A program made the position numbers and the translations under genes. DNA of 64,000 nt from Raja brachyura (taxonomy: Eukaryota). The notes under the pieces are model-generated. The model was not told the DNA's origin and made no database searches. It saw only the letters and a program-made list of their open reading frames with translations. This document shows positions 63,572 to 64,000 of this stretch, one piece after another. Location: the NCBI GenBank assembly GCA_963514005.1, contig OY740790.1, positions 12,214,001-12,278,000 on the forward strand, read 5' to 3'. The first letter of the stretch is position 1. The number at the start of each line of letters is the position of its first letter.

Positions 63572-64000
63572 CTAATCTCTCTACTTCCTGTGCTCCATCT
63601 CATCATTGTTCGAGATTCGATCCACTATGGTGGTATCATCTACAAACCTGTAAATGGAGTTAGAGCAGAATTTAGGAAGCAAAAGTATGTAACCTTATGA
63701 TGAGAGTATTTGAGTACAGGTGTAAGGATGTCTTTCTGCAATTACAAAGATCCTTAGGAAGACTACACGTTGGGCATTATATTCAGTTTTGTTCTCTGTA
63801 ACCAAAAGACATGTTCTTGTATAAAGGGAGTGCAAAAACAAAATCAGCAGACAGGTTCCAGGAATGGTAAGTTTTCATTAGGAGGAGATATTGAATAGAC
63901 GGGGCCTGTTTTTCTCTCGAGATTTGAATAAGAGGAAGCAGGGAGGATGTTTTCCTTCTCTGAGAAATCCGAACCAGAGATCTCAGTCATGGAACAAACA

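Overview
Vertebrate genomic DNA, most likely a cartilaginous fish such as a skate or ray (inferred from the HE1/V-SINE, CR1 and Penelope repeat content). Host genes: the last four coding exons and 3' UTR of CDC14A (+), an intronless GPR88 CDS (+) with a 23-bp minisatellite just upstream, and two Ig-domain exons of a VCAM1-like gene (-). This matches the CDC14A-GPR88-VCAM1 gene order known in human. Most of the remainder is mobile DNA: an apparently intact DIRS1-type tyrosine-recombinase retrotransposon (43924-48817), a decayed second DIRS family tail-to-tail with it (49139-54843), two inverted fold-back THAP elements with AT TSDs, Rex/Babar and CR1 LINEs, Penelope fragments with hammerhead motifs, SINEs and hAT MITEs. 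Two observations stand out. (1) A ~135-nt retroposon, present twice and flanked by TSDs, whose 5' 54 nt fold by hand into a minimal HDV/CPEB3-type ribozyme. (2) Splice signals conserved in both DIRS elements that suggest the recombinase is made from a spliced subgenomic mRNA. All calls were made by eye from the sequence; repeat boundaries are approximate unless TSDs are given.
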